A stretch of DNA of 16,400 nt from Candidatus Zixiibacteriota bacterium. GTDB lineage: Bacteria > RBG-13-66-14 > B26-G2 > WVWN01. Positions 1 through 8,325 of this stretch are shown piece after piece. A model generated the notes under the pieces. The model had not been told where the DNA came from, ran no database searches, and saw only the letters and a program-made list of their open reading frames with translations. Each line of letters starts with the position of its first letter. Positions within the stretch are counted from its first letter, which is position 1. Location: assembly GCA_050117845.1 (NCBI GenBank), contig JASFLY010000041.1, forward strand, positions 1 to 16,400, given 5' to 3'. Made by a program: the position numbers and the translations under genes.

Positions 1-25
1 CCTACGGTTGGCGCTTTATTTAAAC

Positions 26-49
26 GGCCGGCAGGAATGCCGGCCCCAC
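26..49 (-). repeat. REP-like palindrome (GTGG + GGCCGGCA-TTCC-TGCCGGCC on the minus strand)
   Basis: Perfect 8-bp stem 26-33/38-45 with a 4-nt loop, followed by CCAC (GTGG on the minus strand). It has the same layout as the unit at 70-95. Confidence 0.6.
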
Positions 50-62
50 CCTCCCGTCAACG

Positions 63-95
63 AAAAAACGGGCCGACCCGAAGGTCGGCCCCCAC
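63..95 (-). terminator. REP-like hairpin / intrinsic terminator with a C(UUCG)G tetraloop
   Basis: The minus strand reads GTGG-GGGCCGACC-TTCG-GGTCGGCCC-GTTTTTT: a 9-bp stem, UUCG loop and U6 tail, downstream of the 136..915 stop. Confidence 0.7.
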
Positions 96-106
96 ATTAT
101 ATCCCG

Positions 107-137
107 AAGGGCGGCCCGCGGGTCGCCCTTATTTATT
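107..137. terminator. Hairpin AAGGGCGGCC-CGCG-GGTCGCCCTT with a T-rich tail on the + strand
   Basis: 10-bp stem with one G-U pair, directly next to the stop of 136..915. It is nearly identical to the hairpin at 11226-11249. Confidence 0.55.
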
Positions 138-915
138 AAAAGAAAAGTGCTTTGACGCGGCCTACGGAGGCCGGCGCTACGCCGATGTCGCCGGGGCAAT
201 GGATCTGGTAAATCAAACCGGAATTATCCGAGGCGGCGTAGAGGTAACTACCGGTGTAGGCGAGGCCCTTGGTCATCGGCGCCGGCGCCTCGAAGGACGC
301 GACGACGGAGCCGGTGTCGTACGAATATCCGTTTATTTGGTTCCCGGCGCTATTCAAACCCCAGACCATGTTATTGCGCCAATCGTACGCGATATCCCAC
401 CGAGCGCATACGCTCAGATTAACGGTATTGGTCACCGTACCGTCGCCGAGATTGTGGGCGCAAACCCTATTCGGGTTGATGTAATTCGCCAGCAAGCGAG
501 TGGTGCCTGCCCCGCCGTCGCCGGTGCAAAGGGGCGCAAGGCCGTACGCTAAGTTACTCACCGTCCACGATCTGGTAATGGAACCGGTAGTATAGTCGCA
601 GCAGTAAAAGATTTTTTCGGTCTGCCGATTACACCAACAATGGCCGCGCGGGACGTACGCGACGCCGAATGCCGGTTTATTATTCGGCGGCGGCCAGGAA
701 TCGAGCACGGAACCGTTATTAATGTTGCAGCGGTATATCATTATCGGGCTATACCGCCGGCTTACGTAAATATCGTTATTGGAAACGCCCACGCCGCCGT
801 TATACGTCTCCGCCGGAGACACGTACGAATCCACTACCTCGCCCAGGTAAGACAACGAGGGCGAAGCCCCCGCGAGGATCACGATAACCGCTAAAGCCCA
901 AATCCGAGCTTTCAC
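136..915 (-). CDS. Secreted Cys-rich protein, probable five-bladed beta-propeller, with a short C-terminal motif
   Basis: GTG start and signal peptide MKARIWALAVIVILAGASPSLS. Five repeats (GEVVDSY, GSVLDSW, GSITRSW, GTVTNTV, GSVVASF), 9 Cys, ending GVAPASVGRVKALFF. Confidence 0.75.
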   Translation of the reverse strand: MKARIWALAVIVILAGASPSLSYLGEVVDSYVSPAETYNGGVGVSNNDIYVSRRYSPIMIYRCNINNGSVLDSWPPPNNKPAFGVAYVPRGHCWCNRQTEKIFYCCDYTTGSITRSWTVSNLAYGLAPLCTGDGGAGTTRLLANYINPNRVCAHNLGDGTVTNTVNLSVCARWDIAYDWRNNMVWGLNSAGNQINGYSYDTGSVVASFEAPAPMTKGLAYTGSYLYAASDNSGLIYQIHCPGDIGVAPASVGRVKALFF

Positions 916-936
916 CGGGAACCCCCTTAACTCCTA

Positions 937-1623
937 TTAAAAGTTGAACATCGGCCCGACGCGGACGAAGGGCCCCGAGAGGTCGAGTTCGGGCGCGTTC
1001 GCCATCTTGGCGCCGGCCTGCTCAAGTTCGCCCTCCGGTATATTCATATACATGTACCCCGCCTCGCAACCGACGGCCAGCCACGGGAGTATCCGGTACT
1101 GCGGCGCTACGAAGGCCTGGCCCGACCAGTTGAAGCCGTCGAGTTCGGACTCGAACGTAACGGCCTCCGGGAACGGGACGTTGCCGAAGCGGTAGGGTTG
1201 ACTCGAAATCGTTTTGGTATAGGTCACGCTGAACAGGCCCGCGCCGCCGCCGGCGAAGAGGCCCCACCTCTCGCCGAAGTACATCTTGTACCCGCCGACG
1301 AAGTGGTGGACGCTGAACCCGATACTGCAATCCTTGACGACGCCGTCGTCGAAGACGCGGCCGGTGGAGAATCCCCATCCGCCGCCGTAGTAGCCTATCT
1401 GTACGCCGTTCGGGAAATTGTACCGGAAGGTGCCGCCCATGACGTACGTGTAGTCGGGCGTTTCCAAGCCGAGCGCGGTGAACTCGTCCTTCACGCCGTC
1501 GAGTGTGGGGAACGCGGGGCCGAAGAACGGCGCCCCGCCGGTTCCGACGGGTCGGTAACCCTGGGCGAAGACGGCCGTCGCGGCCGCCGTAATAATAATC
1601 GCGATAATCCGAGTTCGAATCAT
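937..1623 (-). CDS. Outer-membrane beta-barrel protein (small OmpA/OmpW/PorT-like barrel)
   Basis: Signal peptide ending AVFA, Gly/aromatic-rich amphipathic strands (FVGGYKMY, GLFAGGGAG, FVAPQYRI, AVGCEAGY) and a C-terminal Phe (GPMFNF). The start overlaps the upstream stop (TAATG). Confidence 0.7.
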   Translation of the reverse strand: MIRTRIIAIIITAAATAVFAQGYRPVGTGGAPFFGPAFPTLDGVKDEFTALGLETPDYTYVMGGTFRYNFPNGVQIGYYGGGWGFSTGRVFDDGVVKDCSIGFSVHHFVGGYKMYFGERWGLFAGGGAGLFSVTYTKTISSQPYRFGNVPFPEAVTFESELDGFNWSGQAFVAPQYRILPWLAVGCEAGYMYMNIPEGELEQAGAKMANAPELDLSGPFVRVGPMFNF

Positions 1624-2075
1624 TACTTATCCTCGCCGACGCGGGCGGCCGGTGCTACCGCCTTGTTAGGTTTGGGATAGAGGAGCGCTACCAGGACGCT
1701 TACGATCAACGCTTCCACCGCCCACGACGCGAACCACGCCAGCGCCATCAGGTCCGGTATCTTCCAATAACGGTACGCGTCCGCGGCCCGGGGAACGACC
1801 CCCACCAGGAAAAGCAGCAACCAGAATAGAACGAGTTTTCTCCAGAACGGCTCCGGTCGTCCCCCCCGGAAAAGGGCGAACGCCAGAACGTAAAGGAAAC
1901 CTATAACCAGGTCAAAAAAGAACCCGAGGAGTATTATCTGAAAGCCCTGTTCCTTGAAGAACGGTTCGGCGTCGCCGGCGAAACTCGTTAAAACGAGTTG
2001 GGTCGCGGTCCCCACGATCGAAAGCGCCAGGCCGGCGACGACCCCCACCAACAGTATCCTGCCGATTTTTTCCAT
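1623..2075 (-). CDS. Hypothetical inner-membrane protein, about 4 TM helices
   Basis: AAGGAG Shine-Dalgarno site upstream of the ATG, four hydrophobic segments, translationally coupled to the barrel gene. Confidence 0.75.
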   Translation of the reverse strand: MEKIGRILLVGVVAGLALSIVGTATQLVLTSFAGDAEPFFKEQGFQIILLGFFFDLVIGFLYVLAFALFRGGRPEPFWRKLVLFWLLLFLVGVVPRAADAYRYWKIPDLMALAWFASWAVEALIVSVLVALLYPKPNKAVAPAARVGEDK

Positions 2076-2105
2076 AACGGTCTCCTTTTTCGCGTAAACC
2101 GCGAA

Positions 2106-2134
2106 AAGATAACACGTCCTACGCCCTTAGTCAA
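2106..2134 (-). promoter_or_regulatory. Sigma70-type promoter for the 2075->136 operon
   Basis: Minus strand: TTGACT (2134-2129), 17 bp, TATCTT (2111-2106), with an extended TGn before the -10. Confidence 0.55.
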
Positions 2135-2178
2135 CGCGAGAAACGCCGCCCGCGGGCGCGGCCGAGACGCTTCCCCCC

Positions 2179-2207
2179 TTGCATTCGGCCCCCGATTGTT
2201 GTATAAA
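2179..2207 (+). promoter_or_regulatory. Sigma70-type promoter for the glycosyltransferase operon
   Basis: TTGCAT (2179-2184), 17 bp, TATAAA (2202-2207). The start codon follows 8 nt later. Confidence 0.55.
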
Positions 2208-2215
2208 CAATACCC

Positions 2216-3163
2216 TTGAAGGTAATAATCGTTATACCCTGTTACAACGAGGCCGAGACGCTGCCCGGCGCGCTCGCCGAACTACCGGCCGAGATACCGG
2301 GCGCCGACGAGGTCGAGACGCTTGTCGTGGACGATGGTTCCGCCGACGGCACGGCCGACGTGGCCCGGGCGTCCGGCGTTACTCATGTCGTACGGCACAA
2401 GCGGAACATGGGGCTGGCGGCGGCCTTCCGAACCGCCGTGGACGCGGCGCTCGAGCGCGGCGCCGACGTCATCGTCGGGACAGACGCGGACAACCAGTAC
2501 GTCGCGGCCGACATCCCGGCCCTCGCGGCACCGGCACTGGCGGGCGAGGCCGACCTGGTGGTGGGCTGCCGCGACATGGCGTCTATCCCCCACTTTTCCC
2601 CCATAAAAAAGTTGCTCCAGCGCGTCGGCAGTTTCGCGGTGCGGACCCTCGCCGGCCTCGACGTGGCCGACGCTACCAGCGGTTTCCGCGCCTACAACCG
2701 GGAGGCAGCGTTGCGGCTCGTCGTCCTGTCCAAGTTCACCTATACCCTCGAGACATTGATTCAGGCCGGGTACAAGGGCCTCACGGTTAAGCAGGTTCCC
2801 GTTCGCATCAATCCACCGACTCGGCCCAGCCGCCTCTTCGCCTCCATCCCCCAGTACCTGCGGCGCTCGTTCAACACCATCACGCGGGCGTACCTCCTCT
2901 TCCGGCCGCTCCGCATTCTGGGGACGCTGGGCGCGCTCATCTGCGGCGCGGGCCTTTTTCTCGTGGGCCGCTTCGTTTATTATTACTTTACGATACCAGG
3001 CCCTACCGGCCACGTGCAATCGTTGGTCGCCGGCGGCGTACTGGTCCTGTTGGGATTCCAGGTAATAATCATTGCGCTTATCTCGGACCTCATCGCCGCC
3101 AACCGTCGCCTCCTCGAAGACGTCCTCTACCGGATTAAACTCCAGCAGTACGATAATTTATGA
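2216..3163 (+). CDS. Glycosyltransferase family 2 (DPM1/GtrB-like polyprenol-phosphate glycosyltransferase) with C-terminal TM helices
   Basis: TTG start; motifs IPCYNE, VVDDGSADGT, DAD (TDADNQY) and DATSGFRAY; two C-terminal hydrophobic helices. Confidence 0.92.
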   Translation: MKVIIVIPCYNEAETLPGALAELPAEIPGADEVETLVVDDGSADGTADVARASGVTHVVRHKRNMGLAAAFRTAVDAALERGADVIVGTDADNQYVAADIPALAAPALAGEADLVVGCRDMASIPHFSPIKKLLQRVGSFAVRTLAGLDVADATSGFRAYNREAALRLVVLSKFTYTLETLIQAGYKGLTVKQVPVRINPPTRPSRLFASIPQYLRRSFNTITRAYLLFRPLRILGTLGALICGAGLFLVGRFVYYYFTIPGPTGHVQSLVAGGVLVLLGFQVIIIALISDLIAANRRLLEDVLYRIKLQQYDNL

Positions 3164-4362
3164 AACGCCTCCTGGTCTGCTCTTCGACGTTCCCGTTAGG
3201 CGCCGAGGACCGGCGTACGGCTCGTTTCGTCTACGATCTGGCGGCGGCGCTGGCCGAGTATTTCGAGGTGACGGCACTCGTCCCCCACCACCCGGGCGCG
3301 GCGCTGGCCGAAAAGCTGGGGCCGGTGGAGGTGCGGCGCTTCAAGTACTTCCTGCCGTCCTCGGCCGAGAAGCTGGCCGACGGTACGGGCATCATGGCCA
3401 ACGCCAAACGAAGCCTCGTAGGCCGGGCCCAGGTACCGTTTTTGCTTTACTGGTTTCGGCGGGCGGTGGAGCGCTTACTGGGGAACGTACATTTCGACGC
3501 CGTCAATACGCACTGGATTGTCCCGGCCGGCTGGGCCGCCGGGGAGGCGGCGAGCCGCGTCGGCGCGCGCCACCTTTTGACGATACACGCCGCGGACGTG
3601 TTCTTCCTGCGCCGGCTGCCCCGGGGCCCCGGCCTGGCGCGCAAAGTCATAGACACCGCCGACGCCGTCTTCACCGACAGCGAGTTCATCCTGGCGGAGA
3701 CGAGTAAGCTGGTAGGCTCCGACGTGGCGGGAACGGCGACGACGGCGGGCGTTAACGCCGCGGCCTTCGCGCCGGCTTACCCACCGGAAGAAGCTAAAAA
3801 ACGCCTCGGCTGGCCGCCAGCCCCCACGATTTTATACGTCGGGAAGATGGTGGAGAAGAAGGGCCTGGTTTACCTGATACGGGCGCTGCCGGAGGTCCGG
3901 ACCGCGGTGCCCGGCGTCCGGCTGGTCCTCGCCGGCGACGGCCCCCTGCGGCCCGAAATGGAAGCGTTGGCGCGGCGGTTGGGCGTTGACGACGTCGCCG
4001 ACTTCATCGGCCCCAAAAGTCACGACGAACTCAAGTTGATGTACAACGCCGCCGACGTCCTGGCCGTCCCGTCAATCGTGGCCCGGGACGGCGAGACCGA
4101 GGGTATGCCAACGGTCATACTGGAGGCTTTCGCCGCGGGTTGCCCCGTCGTGGGGAGCCGCGTCGCCGGCATCCCGGAGTTCGTCGTAGACGGCCGGACG
4201 GGATACCGGGCCGAGGCCGAGGCCCCCGCCGACCTCGCCGCGAAGCTGATCCGAACGCTGGGCGAGGGCCGGGAACGTTTCTCGGCCGCGTGCCGGGCCG
4301 CCGCGGCCGAGCGCGACTTCTCCCGGTTGGCCGAACTCTACGCCGAGGCCGGGGAGGCGTAA
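3160..4362 (+). CDS. Glycosyltransferase family 4 (GT-B fold)
   Basis: ATGA overlap with the GT2 gene; motifs ILYVGKMVEKKG, LAGDGPLR, EX7E (EGMPTVILE) and GCPVVGSRVAGIPE. Confidence 0.92.
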   Translation: MKRLLVCSSTFPLGAEDRRTARFVYDLAAALAEYFEVTALVPHHPGAALAEKLGPVEVRRFKYFLPSSAEKLADGTGIMANAKRSLVGRAQVPFLLYWFRRAVERLLGNVHFDAVNTHWIVPAGWAAGEAASRVGARHLLTIHAADVFFLRRLPRGPGLARKVIDTADAVFTDSEFILAETSKLVGSDVAGTATTAGVNAAAFAPAYPPEEAKKRLGWPPAPTILYVGKMVEKKGLVYLIRALPEVRTAVPGVRLVLAGDGPLRPEMEALARRLGVDDVADFIGPKSHDELKLMYNAADVLAVPSIVARDGETEGMPTVILEAFAAGCPVVGSRVAGIPEFVVDGRTGYRAEAEAPADLAAKLIRTLGEGRERFSAACRAAAAERDFSRLAELYAEAGEA

Positions 4363-4363
4363 G

Positions 4364-5059
4364 GTGGGACTGGCCGAAAGGTGGCGGAAGGTACGGCTGG
4401 CGGAGATAGGCCGGCGCCGTTTCTTCAGCTTGACGCCGGGATACTACGCGCTGTATCGAGAATTCGAACGGCGAGCCGGCACCTACCTCGGCGGCCTTAT
4501 CCTGGACGCCGGCGCGGGCGCCGGGGCTTGGGCCCCCGTGTTGGGCGATTACGGCCGCGTGGTCGCGGCCGACCTATGTCCGCCGGGGTCGCCCGGCGTA
4601 ACCGCGGACCTGAAAACGCTCCCCTTCCCCGACGCCACGTTCGATACCGTATTCTGCTCGCAGGTGCTGGAACACGAACGCGAGCCGGCCTCGCTTCTGG
4701 CCGAACTCTATCGCGTCTCCAAGCCGGGCGCAACGCTCGTCCTCTCGGCGCCTCACCTGAGCCGCCTCCACGACGAACCTCACGACTACTACCGTTACAC
4801 CGGTTACGGCCTGCGCTCTCTCGCGGAGGGCGCGGGTTACGCCGTAGAGGAAGTCGCCGTCGCCGGCGGCATGTTATCTTTCCTGGGGCACACAACGGCC
4901 GTTTTCGGCCTGGCGGTCTTCGGGCCGGTTCCGATTATCGGGGCGCTGGCGCGCTTGAAGCTCCGAGTCGTCTCGCCCATTTGCGCGGCCCTCGACCGGG
5001 CTCTCGACCCGCGGGGCATATTCGCGTTGAATTGGATGCTGTGGGGACGAAAGCCGTAA
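4364..5059 (+). CDS. Class I SAM-dependent methyltransferase (Methyltransf_11-like)
   Basis: GTG start after GGAGG; motif I LILDAGAGAG; also LPFPDATFDTVFCSQVLEH and PHDYYRYT. Confidence 0.88.
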   Translation: MGLAERWRKVRLAEIGRRRFFSLTPGYYALYREFERRAGTYLGGLILDAGAGAGAWAPVLGDYGRVVAADLCPPGSPGVTADLKTLPFPDATFDTVFCSQVLEHEREPASLLAELYRVSKPGATLVLSAPHLSRLHDEPHDYYRYTGYGLRSLAEGAGYAVEEVAVAGGMLSFLGHTTAVFGLAVFGPVPIIGALARLKLRVVSPICAALDRALDPRGIFALNWMLWGRKP

Positions 5060-5826
5060 CCGAGACGCCGGCCGGCTACACTTCGCCGGCGGACCAGCTA
5101 GCCCGCATGGCCTACGTCCGCCGGGGCGTCCGGAAGGCGCGTAAGATACGGCGCGTGCTGGAACGGGAACTCGGACCGGCGCCGTGGCCGGAGGTCCGTG
5201 GGCTGGACCTCGGATGCGGGCCGGGGACGATCGCGGCCTACCTCGGCCGCCTCGCCGGGAGTTTCGTCGGCGTGGACGTCGACCGGGCCGCCCTCGATAT
5301 AGCCCGCAGCCGTTTTCGGTATCCCAATCTGGAATTCTTATATAACGCCGAGCCGCGGCTCCCCTTCGACGACGCCTCCTTCGACCTCATCGTAGCCAAT
5401 CACGTCTACGAGCACGTACGGGACGTCGAGGCCTTCTTCGAAGAGGTCCGCCGCCTGATCAAACCGGCCGGCCGGGTCTACCTCGCGGCCGCGGGCAAGT
5501 ATCAGCTGTTGGAACCCCATTACAAACTGCCGTTCCTCTCCTGGCTCCCGGGTAAAATCGCGGACGCGTACCTAAAACTGGCGGGCCGGGAGGAGGACTA
5601 CGACGTGCACCTCGTTAGTTATCGGCGGCTTTTCCGCCTACTCGAGCCGTTCGACGTCCGGGAGTATACGGCGGCCGTCGTGGCCGAGCCGGAGCGTTTC
5701 GGCGCCGCGGCCGAGGTCCCGGCGAACCGCGTCCTCCGGCGGTTGGCGGCCTTCCTGGCCCGGCGGGCCCCCTCCCTCTCCCCCACGCGGATATTCGTCC
5801 TCCGACCGAAGGGGGCGCGTGAATAA
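5041..5826 (+). CDS. Class I SAM-dependent methyltransferase (start uncertain)
   Basis: This is the C-terminal part of the 481-aa ORF call, with motifs GLDLGCGPG, GVDVD, LPFDDASFDLIVANHVYEHV and EPHYKLPF. Candidate in-frame starts are TTG 5032, GTG 5041, non-canonical GTA 5056 and ATG 5107. Confidence 0.82.
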   Translation: MGTKAVTETPAGYTSPADQLARMAYVRRGVRKARKIRRVLERELGPAPWPEVRGLDLGCGPGTIAAYLGRLAGSFVGVDVDRAALDIARSRFRYPNLEFLYNAEPRLPFDDASFDLIVANHVYEHVRDVEAFFEEVRRLIKPAGRVYLAAAGKYQLLEPHYKLPFLSWLPGKIADAYLKLAGREEDYDVHLVSYRRLFRLLEPFDVREYTAAVVAEPERFGAAAEVPANRVLRRLAAFLARRAPSLSPTRIFVLRPKGARE

Positions 5827-6772
5827 GGCCGTGTGGAAGAAGGTCCTGTGGACGGCGGCCAAGGTGGTCGTCGTCGGCGCGGGGCTGTATTTCGTGGGGC
5901 GGGTGCTCGTGGTCAACTGGCCCGAAGTGCGGGCTGGCTGGCGGCCTCCCCACGCGGCGGCTATGGCGGCGGCCTTCGTCGCGCTGTTCGCGTCGTACTT
6001 CACCCTCTACGCCATATCGCTCGCGGTACTGCGGCGGGTCGGGTACCGGCTGACGTTCCGGTCGGGCCTGCGGCCCTTCTTCGTCAGCCTCCTGGGCCGC
6101 TACGTTCCGGGGCGCTTCGTCGTCATCGTCGGCAAGGTTTTCCTCTACGAGAAGCGAGGCGTCCCCCGCGTCTACGCCACGCTGGCGGCGGCGTACGAGA
6201 ATGTATTCGCGGCTATCGGCGGCATTTCGGTCGCGCTGGCGACGGCGGCGACGGTATTGGGCGGCGACTTATCCTGGACATCGCTGTTGCCCGTGGCGGC
6301 CGGGGCGGCGCTGCTATTCGCCTTCATCCACCCGTCGATACTCCGGCGGCTGTTGGGTTGGGGCCTCAAGCGCGTGCGCCTCGGCGCGCTGGACGAGAGT
6401 AAAATTATCGGCAGCAAGGACGCGGCCCGTTTCGCCCTCTCCTACGCCGGGTATTGCCTGACGCCGGGCGTATTCTTCGCGTTCTTCGCGGCGGCCTTCG
6501 TGCCGCTGGACGCCACGGCGGCGCTCGCGGCGGGCGCGGCCTACGTCGCGGCCTCGGTCCTGGGCTACGCGGCGGTCTTCGCCCCCTCCGGCCTGGGCGT
6601 AAGGGAGGGCGTGCTGGTATTGCTACTCCAGAGTTATATGTCGCCGGGAGAGGCCGCGTTCCTGGCGGTGGCGAGCCGATTGGCGGCGGTGGCGGCGGAG
6701 GTAGTGCTGGCGGGTTTCGCGGGGGTCGCGGGGACCAGCGCGCCGGCGACGGAGACCCGGGCCGACGCATGA
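5819..6772 (+). CDS. Lysylphosphatidylglycerol-synthase TM domain / UPF0104 (AglD2-like, putative flippase) membrane protein
   Basis: About 8 TM helices; motifs LGRYVPG, 'FAPSGLGVREG' and 'AVASRL' are typical of this family. The GTG start overlaps the upstream gene. Confidence 0.8.
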   Translation: MNKAVWKKVLWTAAKVVVVGAGLYFVGRVLVVNWPEVRAGWRPPHAAAMAAAFVALFASYFTLYAISLAVLRRVGYRLTFRSGLRPFFVSLLGRYVPGRFVVIVGKVFLYEKRGVPRVYATLAAAYENVFAAIGGISVALATAATVLGGDLSWTSLLPVAAGAALLFAFIHPSILRRLLGWGLKRVRLGALDESKIIGSKDAARFALSYAGYCLTPGVFFAFFAAAFVPLDATAALAAGAAYVAASVLGYAAVFAPSGLGVREGVLVLLLQSYMSPGEAAFLAVASRLAAVAAEVVLAGFAGVAGTSAPATETRADA

Positions 6773-6790
6773 CGCCTCCCCCTACCGCGC

Positions 6791-6824
6791 AATAAAAACC
6801 CCGCCCCGAGGGCGGGTTATTTAT
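6791..6824. terminator. Bidirectional intrinsic terminator between the convergent operons
   Basis: Stem CCCGCCC-CGA-GGGCGGG (6800-6816) flanked by AATAAAAA and TTATTTAT. Confidence 0.65.
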
Positions 6825-6843
6825 ATACTAGAATCGGCTTAAC

Positions 6844-8319
6844 TCAATACGCGCCGCGCATTAGCACGACGACGGGGATGGTCTTGAGGAGGATCTTGAG
6901 GTCGAGCCAGAGCGACCAGTTCTCGATGTAGTAGATGTCGAGTCGGACCATCTCCTCGAAGGTGAGGAGGTTGCGGCCGCTGACCTGCCACAGGCCGGTG
7001 AGGCCCTGGGGAACGGTGAGGCGCTTGTGCTGCCATCGCTCGTACTTCTCGACCTCGTCGGGGATGGGAGGCCGCGGCCCCACGAGCGACATGTCCCCCT
7101 TGAGGACGTTCAACAGCTGTGGGAACTCATCGATGCTGAACTTGCGCAGGATCCGGCCGACGCGGGTGACTCGGGGGTCCTTCTTTATCTTGAATATGGG
7201 GCCGTCCATCTCGTTGTAGTCGGCGAGCTCGGGCAGCATGTCGTGGGCCCCCACGACCATCGAACGGAACTTGTAAATCCTGAACGGCCGACCGTCCTTG
7301 CCGAGGCGCTCCTGCCGATAGAAGACGGGGCCCTTCGAGTCGATTTTAATTAATATTATAATAAGGAGCCAAAGCGGCAGAGGGAGGATGATGCCGGCCA
7401 GCGCGCCGGCGATGTCTATGATGCGCTTGATGTAACCCTGCCAGCCCTCGAGCGGCGAGCGCCAGAGCCGGAGTAGCGGGATAGAGCCTATCTGCGTAAC
7501 CGAGACGCGGCGCGATACCAACTCGAAGAGGTCGGCTATGACCAGGAAGGGAATCTGCCGCTCGCGCAGGTCGAAGACGACGTTGAGGATGTGGCGGTGG
7601 GGGGCGGACGGGATGGCGATGAGGATCTCGTCCACGTCGTGCTTCACCAGTAGTTTGGGGAGGTCCGCGAACGCCCCCAGGACCTTTATCCCCTCGTAGG
7701 TCTTGCCCTTTTTATCCGGGTCGTCGTCGATGTAGCCGACGACCGAGAGGCCGAACTCCGGGTGGAGTTTTATCTGGTTGGAAAGGATCCGGCCGCTCTT
7801 GCCGGCGCCGTAAATAATGGCGCGCATGAGGCCGACGCCGCGACGGGCCAGGAAGCCGACGCCCTTCCGTAGGGCTATACGCCAGAGGTCGATGCAGGCG
7901 AGGCTAATGACGAAGTTGCCGATGACGACGGCCCGGCCGTACTGCAGTTGGGGCAAAAACATCGTAATCGCCATCATCAGAAAGGCCGAGATGATGAGCG
8001 ACTTCATGACGAGGTAAAGCTCATCCAGCCGGGCCATGGAGCGCTGGCGGGCGTAGAGGCCGCGGTTGAAGAAAACTCCTACCGATACGAGGCTGTACAC
8101 CGAGGAGAGTATAAGGTAGGTCCCGAAGCCGTAGTAGACGTCCTCCACGACGCCGCCCAGCGGCTCGCGCAGAAAACCGGCGAAGCGGAACATGTTTTCC
8201 CGCAGATAAAGGACGACGAAGGTCGAGAGGTTGAGTAGGAGGAAGTCGCCGACGAACTTAATGATGGCGACGACGCGATGGTATATCTTCTGCCCAGCGA
8301 CGGGAGTTTCGGGAGACAT
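6844..8319 (-). CDS. Polyprenyl-phosphate hexose-1-phosphate transferase (WcaJ/WbaP/CpsE-type initiating phosphoglycosyl transferase)
   Basis: N-terminal TM helices, Rossmann-like AIIYGAG domain, and C-terminal Bac_transf motifs [42 protein letters not shown] and GLTGLWQV. Confidence 0.93.
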   Translation of the reverse strand: MSPETPVAGQKIYHRVVAIIKFVGDFLLLNLSTFVVLYLRENMFRFAGFLREPLGGVVEDVYYGFGTYLILSSVYSLVSVGVFFNRGLYARQRSMARLDELYLVMKSLIISAFLMMAITMFLPQLQYGRAVVIGNFVISLACIDLWRIALRKGVGFLARRGVGLMRAIIYGAGKSGRILSNQIKLHPEFGLSVVGYIDDDPDKKGKTYEGIKVLGAFADLPKLLVKHDVDEILIAIPSAPHRHILNVVFDLRERQIPFLVIADLFELVSRRVSVTQIGSIPLLRLWRSPLEGWQGYIKRIIDIAGALAGIILPLPLWLLIIILIKIDSKGPVFYRQERLGKDGRPFRIYKFRSMVVGAHDMLPELADYNEMDGPIFKIKKDPRVTRVGRILRKFSIDEFPQLLNVLKGDMSLVGPRPPIPDEVEKYERWQHKRLTVPQGLTGLWQVSGRNLLTFEEMVRLDIYYIENWSLWLDLKILLKTIPVVVLMRGAY

Positions 8320-8325
8320 GGAGTA

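Noticed and set aside
1..130. CRISPR array
   Set aside because: The units differ in their stems, the intervening sequences are short and irregular, and no cas genes are present.
4381..5040. N-terminal extension of the 481-aa ORF (apparent long overlapping or fused protein)
   Set aside because: It is an Arg/Pro/Gly-rich off-frame reading over the first methyltransferase, typical of stop-poor high-GC DNA. Only the part from about 5041 has domain motifs.
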